Source of the DNA: Thermoplasmata archaeon
GTDB taxonomy: Archaea; Thermoplasmatota; Thermoplasmata; Lutacidiplasmatales; UBA184
NCBI GenBank assembly: GCA_052326445.1
Contig: JBKQNC010000017.1
Location: forward strand, 129,227-193,226
Length of the DNA: 64,000 bases
Direction of reading: 5' to 3'
Below, piece by piece: positions 1-8,142 of this stretch. The translations under genes were made by a program, and so were the position numbers. Position 1 is the stretch's first letter. Each line of letters starts with the position of its first letter. A model generated the notes under the pieces. The model worked only from the letters and a program-made list of their open reading frames with translations. It had not been told where the DNA came from and made no database searches.

Positions 1-392
1 TGTGGAACCCGAGTCCCACCCAGGTCATCCTGTTGGGGGACCACGAGGGGCACGACGGTCGGACGACGTACGCATCGATCGGAGGATGCTACTACGCCGC
101 CCGGCTCGCCGTCTCGGAAGCGCTCCTCCGGCTCGGTCGGCAGGCCGGGGCGACCGTCCTGCGCGAGGTGCACCCCGGCGAGATCCTCCCTCTCGGGGTC
201 TGGAACGTCCGGGAGCACGTCCGGGCGGCGCTCCAGGAACCCTCCCTGCACCTCGGCTCGTTGCCGGAGCTGAACGAGGTGCTGCGGGCGACCTTCTCCA
301 TCCCCCTCGACCGATGGCTGGCCCAGAGCGCCGTCCTCCACGAAACCCGCACGCAGCGGCGGCTGGACGACTGGCTTGGGACGGCGAACTAA
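1..392 (+). CDS. C-terminal fragment of a conserved hypothetical protein; 5' end lies outside the window
   Basis: Frame is open from position 3 and the track ORF 33..392 is its in-frame tail. GC3-rich codons. Recognisable conserved-looking blocks (GDHEGHDGRT, GVWNVREH) but no family recognised. Confidence 0.4.
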   Translation, partial: WNPSPTQVILLGDHEGHDGRTTYASIGGCYYAARLAVSEALLRLGRQAGATVLREVHPGEILPLGVWNVREHVRAALQEPSLHLGSLPELNEVLRATFSIPLDRWLAQSAVLHETRTQRRLDDWLGTAN

Positions 393-1306
393 TCCGGGGC
401 GAAACGGGCCCCGCAGCGCCCGCAGAAGGTGTCCGCGGGGGCGCGCGGCTCGTTACAGGAGGGGCAGCTCAGGGAGGTCCGCGGCTTTCCACAACCGCGG
501 CAGAAGACGTCGTTCGACTGCATCGGGTAGCCGCACGCCGGGCACCGCTCGGACCCGGCCACCCGTTCCGCAACCCCGGTCGCATCGTCCGAAGGGCCCC
601 CGCCGGCCGTCGGGGCCACGTTGGGTCCGGGAGCGAGGGTCTCGGCCCGTCCGAGGGCGCGTCGGCCCTTGAGGGAGAGCCGAAAGGCCTCGGTATAGTC
701 CCCTCGGTCGAACGCGGCCTGGCCCTGGGTCCGGAAGCTCGCCGCTTCGGTCTTGGACCCCGAAGCGGGCGCGGTGTCGAGGTCCGCCTGAAGGAGCCCG
801 AGCTGGAAGTGGGACTCGGCCCGGTTCTTGGGAGGAGGAACGGCCGCGGGCGGTGCGGCCCGTAAGGTCGACGTTGCGACCGCCGCCGGGCCCGATGAGG
901 AAGTACCGGTGGGGGCGGAGGATCTCGCCGCCCCCCCCGGGACCGAGGAGGGAAGGGCGGAGCGTCCCCGGGCGTTCACCAGGCTCTCGTGGGCGGACTG
1001 GGCGAGCTCGTAGGAGCGGGGGAATTGGCGAAGGTCGAACGCGGCCTGGGACTGGGCGATCAGGTCCTGGGCCCTCGAGAGGTCGGTCCCCGTCCGGCCG
1101 AGGATCTGCGCTTCGCGGCGGGCCATCTCGAGACGGTTGAACGCCCGGTCCTGGATCAGCTCGGGCTTGGTGCTGAGCTCCCCGAGGATCTGGTTGCGCC
1201 GCGCCCGGAGCCGGTTCGCGAGGTAGAGGAAGATCGCAACGACCGCGACCGTGAGCACGACCGCGAGGACGATGACAAAGACCTGCGTGCCTGTGAGCGA
1301 GACCAT
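389..1306 (-). CDS. membrane-anchored coiled-coil protein with a C-terminal tandem zinc ribbon
   Basis: N-terminal hydrophobic TM segment (VFVIVLAVVLTVAVVAIFLYL). Long charged helical region, then a P/A/S-rich linker. C-terminus has two CxxC...CxxC ribbons (CPACG..CRGCG and CPSCN..CGRCG). Confidence 0.6.
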   Translation of the reverse strand: MVSLTGTQVFVIVLAVVLTVAVVAIFLYLANRLRARRNQILGELSTKPELIQDRAFNRLEMARREAQILGRTGTDLSRAQDLIAQSQAAFDLRQFPRSYELAQSAHESLVNARGRSALPSSVPGGAARSSAPTGTSSSGPAAVATSTLRAAPPAAVPPPKNRAESHFQLGLLQADLDTAPASGSKTEAASFRTQGQAAFDRGDYTEAFRLSLKGRRALGRAETLAPGPNVAPTAGGGPSDDATGVAERVAGSERCPACGYPMQSNDVFCRGCGKPRTSLSCPSCNEPRAPADTFCGRCGARFAPD

Positions 1307-1444
1307 TCGAACGACCCGGCCGGCCGGGGAGGCCCCTGCCGAGGATTATACTGCGTGGGCCCCCTATTTAGAGGCGGTCCCCGGCGGAGGCGGGGGGATT
1401 CCTTGCGGGGCGGACCCGGCGGGCCCACCCCGGCGGTGCGCGAC

Positions 1445-2641
1445 CTAGAACACCGTCAGCTTCCCGGTCAGGAGAAGCTTCGGGATGGTGTCGACCTTCT
1501 CGAACCAGGAGTTCGCGACCGCTTCCGCCGTCGGCTTGACCTGGGCCAGCTTGACGCCGCTCGCGGGCAGGATCTGGAGGCTTGCGACCTGGGGCTCGTC
1601 GACCGGCTTTCCGATCTGGGAGAGGATCCGGACGTGGACCTCCTTCACATTCCCGCCGGTCTCCTTCACGATGTCCCCCGCGATCAGGTTCCCGAGCAGG
1701 TTGTAGATCTTGCCGACGTGGTTGACCGGGTTCTTTCCGGCCGACGCCTCCAGGCTCATCGGGCGGCACGGGGTGATGAGGCCGTTGGCCCGATTGCCCC
1801 GACCCACGGAGCCGTCGTCGCCCGCTTCCATGGAACAGCCGGTGACCGTGAGATAGTAACGGCCGAGCTCGGGGTCGTCGGCGGTGTTCACCTGGATCTG
1901 GACCTCCCGGTGCGTCAGCTTCGTCGCCTGGTCCGCGAGCTTCTGCGTGATCTCGTCGCAGACGTTCTGGTAGGCATCGCCGTCCGCGATCTCGCGGTCG
2001 ACGAGCGCCGCCGCGACCGTGAGGCGGATCTGGTCGCCCGCGCGGTAGCCCATCACCTTGACATCCTCCCCGAGCGCGGGGAGCTTCTTCTTCAGCTTCA
2101 GGGTGAGGAACCGTTCGCTCTCGAGGACGAGGCGCTCGAGATCGGAGAGGGGCGCGAACCCGACGCCAAAGGAGGTGTCGTTGGAGAGGACCTTCTTCTG
2201 TTCGAAGACGCCGCGGAGGTCGATGGAGCCCGAGCCGATCTTCGAGTCGAACTCGACGTCGTGCTCGAGGTCGATGTGGGAGCAGATGGAGGCGACGTAC
2301 TTCTTGGCCGCCTCGATGGCGGTGTCGTGGATCGGCAGCTTCTCCTTGTTGACCTCGGTAGTCGCCCGACCGACGAGGAGCATGTAGATCGGCTTCGTGA
2401 CCTTCCCGCCGCCGAACTTCGGCTCGGAGGCCCCGCCCACGACCTGGGTCTCGTCCGTGTTGTGGTGGAGGATCCGGCCGAACTCGTCGAGGTAGAGACG
2501 GCAGAGCGCTCGGCTGACCGATTCCGAGACCCCGTCGGCGATCGAGTCGGGGTGCCCGAGCCCCTTCCGCTCGACCAGTTCCACGGCTTGGTCTTCGATA
2601 TGGACGGTGCGCAGCGGCTCCACCTGAACGTTTCGGGCCAT
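1445..2641 (-). CDS. metK: archaeal-type S-adenosylmethionine synthetase
   Basis: Full-length match to the archaeal MAT family (MARNVQVE..., GHPDSIADG..., ~399 aa). ATG at 2639-2641; the longer track ORF to 2710 only adds a low-complexity N-terminus. Confidence 0.9.
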   Translation of the reverse strand: MARNVQVEPLRTVHIEDQAVELVERKGLGHPDSIADGVSESVSRALCRLYLDEFGRILHHNTDETQVVGGASEPKFGGGKVTKPIYMLLVGRATTEVNKEKLPIHDTAIEAAKKYVASICSHIDLEHDVEFDSKIGSGSIDLRGVFEQKKVLSNDTSFGVGFAPLSDLERLVLESERFLTLKLKKKLPALGEDVKVMGYRAGDQIRLTVAAALVDREIADGDAYQNVCDEITQKLADQATKLTHREVQIQVNTADDPELGRYYLTVTGCSMEAGDDGSVGRGNRANGLITPCRPMSLEASAGKNPVNHVGKIYNLLGNLIAGDIVKETGGNVKEVHVRILSQIGKPVDEPQVASLQILPASGVKLAQVKPTAEAVANSWFEKVDTIPKLLLTGKLTVF

Positions 2642-2792
2642 GGGGGTCCTCGGGGTCGGCCGAGACGGGGTGGGGTTTAACCCTTGCGAAGGCGCGGGAA
2701 CGCACCGCATTTGCGTCCGGTGAAACTCAAGACCCGGCCCCCGCCGGGCCGCATCGGTCAGACCTATAGGTGGCCCGGTTCCTTCCCCCGAC

Positions 2793-3491
2793 GTGGAGAT
2801 CGCGGGCTGCCCCCTCCCCGAGGACCGGCTCTACGACCTCGAGCACGACGTCTGGTGGTCCCCCGAGGGGGACTCGGCCCGCATCGGCGTCCTCGGCACG
2901 CTGGCCGCCTTCGCCGGACCGTTCGTCTCCTTCTCCTTCCGGCCGATCGAGGGGTTCGTGGCGCGCGGCCGGAGCATCGCGACCGTGGAAAGCACCCGGT
3001 ATACAGGGGCCGTCCGGGTTCCGGTCGACACCCAGGTGCTCGAGCGAAATGCGGTGCTGCGTGAGCGGCCCCGGCTCCTGAACGATGCTCCCTACGGTGA
3101 AGGGTGGGTCGCCCGGGTCCGACCGACCGACCCGGAGGAGGTCCCCCGATACCTCGAAACGGCCGCCCAAATCGCGACCCGGCTCGAGGAACGGATCCGG
3201 ACGCAGCGGATCCGCTGTTGGCCCGCGACCCCCGACCTCGAGCTCTACGAGATCGGGATCGAATGCTCGGCGGTGCTCACCATGCTGAACGAGGAGCTCG
3301 CCAAACGGGCCCCCGGGTCCCACATCCTGCTCGTCACCGACGACCCGACGAGCCCCATCGAGATGGTCCGCTGGTCCGACCAGACCGGATATCCGGTCCT
3401 CGCCCGGCGGGACGAGGGGACGCTCCACCAGTTCCTCGTCCGCAAGGTGCCGGACCCCCAGCCACGACGGCGCCCCGGCGTATCGCGCTGA
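2793..3491 (+). CDS. fusion of a glycine-cleavage H-like domain (lipoyl lysine replaced) and a TusA/SirA-like sulfur-carrier domain
   Basis: N-terminal half aligns with GcvH, but the VESVK lipoyl-Lys is VESTR here. C-terminal ~75 aa have TusA-like fold signatures, with Cys in IGIECSAV instead of CPxP. GTG start; a TATA-like 'cctatagg' lies ~30 nt upstream. Confidence 0.65.
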   Translation: MEIAGCPLPEDRLYDLEHDVWWSPEGDSARIGVLGTLAAFAGPFVSFSFRPIEGFVARGRSIATVESTRYTGAVRVPVDTQVLERNAVLRERPRLLNDAPYGEGWVARVRPTDPEEVPRYLETAAQIATRLEERIRTQRIRCWPATPDLELYEIGIECSAVLTMLNEELAKRAPGSHILLVTDDPTSPIEMVRWSDQTGYPVLARRDEGTLHQFLVRKVPDPQPRRRPGVSR

Positions 3492-3555
3492 ACGGAGGAG
3501 GGCTCCCCCCAGTCGGGGGAAAGGGAGGGGAAGGGGTTCGGAGGCCAGTAGGGGT

Positions 3556-4467
3556 CTACGGCTTCTCGATCGGGGTCCGGATGAGATTCCCCCACTCGGT
3601 CCACGAGCCGTCGTAGTTGCGGACGTCAGGGTATCCGAGAAGGTACTTCAGGACGAACCACGTGTGGCTCGAGCGCTCCCCGATCCGGCAGTAGGTGATC
3701 ACCGGGTGGGCCCCCGAGACCCCCTTACTCCCGTACAGAGCGTCTAGCTCCTCGCGCGACTTGAACGTGCCGTCGTCCTTGACCGCCTGCGCCCAGGGGA
3801 TGTTCTTCGCGCCCGGGACGTGGCCGCCGCGCTGGGCGTGCTCGGTGGGGTACTCGGGGGGCGCCGTGATCTCGCCCGAGAACTCCTTCGGGCCGCGCAC
3901 ATCGACGAGCGAGCACTTCCCCGCCTTGACCTCGGGGAGCGCCTTGCGGACGTCGTCGAGGTAGGCCCGGAGCTTCGGGTCGGCCTGGCCGGGCGCGTGC
4001 TTCGAGGGGGTGACCTTGGGAGCGTCCTTCGTGAGCGGACGGTCTTCCGCGATCCACTTCTTGCGGCCGCCGTTCAGGAGCTTCAGGTTCTTCGCACCGT
4101 AGTAGGTGAAGACCCAGTAGGCGAACGCCGCGAACCAGTTGTTGAAGTCCCCGTACAGGACGACGGTCGTCCCGTCCTCGACCCCGGCCCGGCTGAACAG
4201 GTGGCCGAACGCCTCCGCGGAGAGGATGTCCCGCGCGACCGGGTCGTTGATGTCCTTCCGCCAGTCGAACAGGACCGAGCCGGGCAGGTGGCCGAGCTCG
4301 TAGTTCGCCGCGGGATCGTAGTCCACCTCGACGATCCGCACCTTCGGGTCGTTCAGGTGCGCTGCCATCCAATCGTTCTCGACCAAGACCTCCGGGTGCG
4401 CGTATGCCGCCATGAGGGACTCCATCCTCGCCGAGGCGCCGACGGTTATACGTTTCACGTCCGCCAC
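3556..4467 (-). CDS. sseA: thiosulfate/3-mercaptopyruvate sulfurtransferase (tandem rhodanese domains)
   Basis: Two rhodanese domains with an active-site Cys loop CRIGERS in the second domain, ~300 aa. The start may be one of the internal Met (MESLM/MAAY). Confidence 0.85.
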   Translation of the reverse strand: MADVKRITVGASARMESLMAAYAHPEVLVENDWMAAHLNDPKVRIVEVDYDPAANYELGHLPGSVLFDWRKDINDPVARDILSAEAFGHLFSRAGVEDGTTVVLYGDFNNWFAAFAYWVFTYYGAKNLKLLNGGRKKWIAEDRPLTKDAPKVTPSKHAPGQADPKLRAYLDDVRKALPEVKAGKCSLVDVRGPKEFSGEITAPPEYPTEHAQRGGHVPGAKNIPWAQAVKDDGTFKSREELDALYGSKGVSGAHPVITYCRIGERSSHTWFVLKYLLGYPDVRNYDGSWTEWGNLIRTPIEKP

Positions 4468-4542
4468 AATCAGCGCCTAACATGCTCGTTTCTGCGCCGA
4501 TTCACCCCTCAAACACGAGGGTTGGACGCGGAATCGGTGCGC

Positions 4543-4860
4543 TTACCCGCGTCGGCCGCGCTTCGGGAGCGCCGCGTCGGAGATCTCGATGGTCTCCGGG
4601 TCGAAGCCGAGCTTCGCGAGCTCGTCCCGGATCCGGGTGCGGTGGTCCCCCTGCAGGTAGACCTCTCCGTCCACGACCGACCCCCCCGTCGCGAGGCGGT
4701 TCTTGAGGGTCCGCGTAGTCTCCTCGAGGTCGACCCCCGGCGGGAAGCCCGAAATGACGGTCGCGGGCTTGTTGTAGCGGCGGGGTTCGGCCCGGACGCG
4801 GATACGCGCGGTCTCCCGGTCGAGCGCGGAGAGGATCTCATCGAATTCGTCGTTCGGCAT
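4543..4860 (-). CDS. sui1: translation initiation factor SUI1 (aIF1)
   Basis: ~105 aa with the SUI1 fold motif (KPATVISGF... GGSVVDGEVYLQGDHR). Confidence 0.85.
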   Translation of the reverse strand: MPNDEFDEILSALDRETARIRVRAEPRRYNKPATVISGFPPGVDLEETTRTLKNRLATGGSVVDGEVYLQGDHRTRIRDELAKLGFDPETIEISDAALPKRGRRG

Positions 4861-5025
4861 CGTTAGGTGCTCCTCACGGGACGCCGGACCCCGGCGGACC
4901 GGATTGAGGAGAAGAAAGGACGACGGCCCCCCGGCCCGACACGGACCCTACGAGCGGCTTGTTGCGGGGGGGCACCGGCCGCTCTATACCCTGCACCCCG
5001 TATGAACGTTCCGGGCGCCCGGGGC

Positions 5026-5811
5026 TCATAGTTCCCCCCAGCGGTAGAGCCGCAAGCACAGCACGACCCCGACGATGGCACAAAGCGCCAGCAGTCCCGC
5101 GTACATCGCCAGCTGATCGGGCGTCGCCGGCGTGATCCCGAGGGCCCCTTGCGCGAGCAGGGCGGCGTAGGTCGTCGGAAGGAACCGCGCCACATCCTGC
5201 CAGTACGGGGGGAGGGCCGAGAGCGGGTAGTACAGCGGCGACAGCATGCCGAGCATGGTGAAGGTGAGGTTGCCGACGGGCCAGATCTCCCGCTGGCTCC
5301 GCACCCGGCTCGAGATTGCCATGCCGACCGCCGAGAACAGGATCCAGAGCGTGAACAGGCTGCCGACGAGGGCGACGGCCCCAAAGAGCGTGAGGGGGTG
5401 GCCGTGCGCGCCCCCGACCCACGCCAGGAGGACCGTGAGGATGGCGAGCGCGGGCAGCATCGCGATCAGGTTCGAAAACGCGATCCCGAACAGGTAGCGG
5501 ATCCGGCTGAGGGGGCTCGCGACGAACATGTCCTGCAGCGAGCATTCGATCCGCCACGTGGCGCTGTCCCCGAGCACCCAGGAGCCGATGTTCTGCATCG
5601 TGAACAGCATCGCACCGACGATCTCGAGGGAAAGGAGCGAGGGCGGCGAGATCAGGGAGAGGAAGTACAGGAAAATGAACGGGAGGAGGACCGGAGTGAT
5701 CGTGACCGCCGGGTTGCGGCTGATCCATCGCCACCCGACGAGCGCGAACGCGGGCAGCGCCCGACCCTCGGTCGGAACGTTCGGGAACTGGGTCTCGAGA
5801 CTCGTCGCCAT
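5026..5811 (-). CDS. ABC-2 type transporter permease
   Basis: Six predicted TM helices with an ABC-2 permease layout. In an operon with 5816..6580 and 6570..7496. Confidence 0.75.
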   Translation of the reverse strand: MATSLETQFPNVPTEGRALPAFALVGWRWISRNPAVTITPVLLPFIFLYFLSLISPPSLLSLEIVGAMLFTMQNIGSWVLGDSATWRIECSLQDMFVASPLSRIRYLFGIAFSNLIAMLPALAILTVLLAWVGGAHGHPLTLFGAVALVGSLFTLWILFSAVGMAISSRVRSQREIWPVGNLTFTMLGMLSPLYYPLSALPPYWQDVARFLPTTYAALLAQGALGITPATPDQLAMYAGLLALCAIVGVVLCLRLYRWGEL

Positions 5812-5815
5812 CGAC

Positions 5816-6580
5816 CTAGGTCCCCCGGACCGTCCGGCGCGCCCAGAAGACAGCCAGCGTGAACACCGCCGCCGTCTCGATGAGGAGACCCCCGAGGGCC
5901 AGCCAGAAGTCCCCCGAGGTGAGCGAGGCCGCTCCGATCCGCGACTGAATCAGCGCGGCCGCGGCGCTCGGGGGCATGAGCAGCGCGACGGGGCGCAGCG
6001 CCGCCGGGAAGAACCCAAGCGGGTAGAACACCGGTGGCAGCACGCCGAAGATGTTGAAGAACAGGCTCGCGTAGGCCCAGATCGCCCGGTTGTCCCGGAA
6101 GAACGTCGAAAAGATGTACCCCGTGGACGCGGAGAAGAGCCACACGACCCCCGCGAGTCCAGCGAGGGCGAGGCTCGTCAGGAGCGTGAGGTGGCCCACG
6201 GCAATCGCGAGCCCGCCGAGGAGCATCACGGGTGGCAGGTAGACGACGAGGATCCCGGCCGACATGCCGAGGAAGTACCCCTCGGGGCTCAAGGGCCCGG
6301 CGAGGTAGAGGTCGTTCATCTTGTGGTCGATGCGGATGTACGCGGCCTCGTTGAGCACCCGCTGGCCCATCGTGAACGTCGAAAAGAGGGTCGCGCCGAC
6401 GAGCGCGACGCCGAGGAGACCCGGGTTCAGGATATAGACGAAGACGAGGATCACCGACTGGGTGACCATCGACGTCGCCATTGCGAGACCCTCGTGGGCC
6501 TGTACGAGAGCCTCCGTCCACAGGAAGGCCGCCGTGCCCCGGAAGGCCCGCGACGTCCCTTCGGTCGTCTCAATCCTCAT
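5816..6580 (-). CDS. ABC-2 type transporter permease (second subunit)
   Basis: Polytopic membrane protein. Overlaps the upstream ATPase by 11 nt. Confidence 0.75.
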   Translation of the reverse strand: MRIETTEGTSRAFRGTAAFLWTEALVQAHEGLAMATSMVTQSVILVFVYILNPGLLGVALVGATLFSTFTMGQRVLNEAAYIRIDHKMNDLYLAGPLSPEGYFLGMSAGILVVYLPPVMLLGGLAIAVGHLTLLTSLALAGLAGVVWLFSASTGYIFSTFFRDNRAIWAYASLFFNIFGVLPPVFYPLGFFPAALRPVALLMPPSAAAALIQSRIGAASLTSGDFWLALGGLLIETAAVFTLAVFWARRTVRGT

Positions 6581-7496
6581 CGATCGACCGTCCTACGACG
6601 CGGAGGAACGCCTCCTCGAGCGTCACCGGGCCGACCGTCGCAGAGATGCCGGCCTGGACGGTCAGGGCCATCACCTCGCCGAGGCGCTCCGGCGACACGA
6701 TGACCGTGAGCACGTTCCCGTCCGAGACGAGCTCCCCGAACGACCGGAACGTCTCCTGGTGCGCCGCCCCGCCGGACATCGAGACCTTGAGGGTCCCGCC
6801 GACCGACCGCTTCAGGTCCTCCGCGGTCCCGCTGACGATCACCTTCCCGCGCTCCACGATGTACAGTCGGTCGCTGAGCGCGTCGGCCTCGTCCAGGTAG
6901 TGGGTGGTCAGGAGGATGGTCGACCCCTTGGTCGTGAGGTCCCGGAGGGAGGCCCAGACCTCCCGTCGTGCGAACGGGTCCATCCCGATCGTCGGTTCGT
7001 CCAGGAACAGGAGGGGCGCCTGGGTCGCAATCACGGTCGCCACCATCGTCCGCTGACGCTGGCCGCCGGAGAGAGTGATCGCCAATCGGCCGGCGACCTC
7101 GGTGAGACCCATCCGCTCGATCGCGTCCGCCGTGCGGTCCTTCGCCGTCTCTCGGGACAGTCCGCGGGCCCGCAGGTAGGTGTAGATCATTTCGCGCGGG
7201 GAGAGGTGGAAGAACGGCTTGCCTTCCTGCGGGACGACGGCGATGTACGGCCGGGCCTTCTCGGGGTGCTCGTCGATGTCGAACCCGAATACCCGGATCG
7301 AACCCGACGTTGGCCGGAGGAGCGTGGAGGCGATGCGCAGGAACGTCGTCTTGCCGGCCCCGTTGCGGCCGAGCAGTGCGATCCGCTCTCCCGGATGGAC
7401 GTTGAGGGAGACCCCGGCGAGCGCCTCCACGGCGGGCGCACCCTTCACGGGGTAGGTCTTCCGGAGGTTCTCGCTCCAGAGCGGCTCGGCGCTCAT
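6570..7496 (-). CDS. ABC transporter ATP-binding protein
   Basis: Walker A GRNGAGKTT, ABC signature LSGGQRQR, Walker B LLFLDEPT, and the H-loop. Confidence 0.85.
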   Translation of the reverse strand: MSAEPLWSENLRKTYPVKGAPAVEALAGVSLNVHPGERIALLGRNGAGKTTFLRIASTLLRPTSGSIRVFGFDIDEHPEKARPYIAVVPQEGKPFFHLSPREMIYTYLRARGLSRETAKDRTADAIERMGLTEVAGRLAITLSGGQRQRTMVATVIATQAPLLFLDEPTIGMDPFARREVWASLRDLTTKGSTILLTTHYLDEADALSDRLYIVERGKVIVSGTAEDLKRSVGGTLKVSMSGGAAHQETFRSFGELVSDGNVLTVIVSPERLGEVMALTVQAGISATVGPVTLEEAFLRVVGRSIDED

Positions 7497-7563
7497 CGCG
7501 CCCCGCTACGCGGGACGGTCCCCCGCGGGAGGCCCGAATTTCGGGGCGGACTCCGGTGGTCCC

Positions 7564-7959
7564 TTAGTGACCGCAGCCGCACCCGCCGCCGTTCTCCGAG
7601 TTGCTGCCGCAGGAACCGCAACCGCCGGACTTGCCGGCCGCGTCGGGCTCCGGGAGCGTGGGGTTCGTGATCTTGAAGCCGGATTCCTGGAGGCCCTCGA
7701 CGTAATCGATGACCGCCCCGTCGACGAACTTCGTGCTCGTCGGGTCGACGATGAGTCGGTAGCCGTCGCCCGCGATCACCTCGTCGTCGGCGCGGGGCTT
7801 GGCGAAGGCGAGCCCGAACTGGACGCCGCTCGACCCTCCGCCACAGCAGCCGCCGCCCGAGGGCTGGGCGTACACGCGAACCCCGACTTCGGGGCTCTGG
7901 CCCCGGATGAGGGCGATTACCTGCTGGGACGCGGCGGGTCGGATCTCCACATGGATCAT
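7564..7959 (-). CDS. HesB/IscA-family Fe-S cluster carrier with an extended Cys/Gly-rich C-terminal tail
   Basis: IscA-like core (FxxxxxxxDxxxxxGxxIDY..) and a C-terminal CGCGH matching the A-type carrier C-G-C motif, plus extra Cys in SGGGCCGGG and GGCGSCGSNSENGGGCGCGH. Confidence 0.75.
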   Translation of the reverse strand: MIHVEIRPAASQQVIALIRGQSPEVGVRVYAQPSGGGCCGGGSSGVQFGLAFAKPRADDEVIAGDGYRLIVDPTSTKFVDGAVIDYVEGLQESGFKITNPTLPEPDAAGKSGGCGSCGSNSENGGGCGCGH

Positions 7960-8142
7960 GGTCGTGGCCTCGAGGAGACCAGCGAGCCATGGGGCTTAAG
8001 CTCTGCGAAGCGAGCGCCGCTACAAACTCGCCCGGTGGGGTCAGTTTTTCGGAACAAAACTTCGGTAGCGGAGCAGGATACAAACCGTGCTGAAGTGACT
8101 CACGGCCCGTCGGCATGGCCTCGTCTCCGTGCGGCGACCTCC

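Noticed and set aside
989-2680. 563-aa plus-strand ORF antisense to metK
   Set aside because: R/G/D/P-rich low-complexity translation, antisense to a full-length conserved gene. Typical long spurious ORF in high-GC DNA.
2639-2792. SAM riboswitch upstream of metK
   Set aside because: The intergenic region is short, GC-rich and shows no SAM-I-like conserved helices. SAM riboswitches are essentially bacterial.
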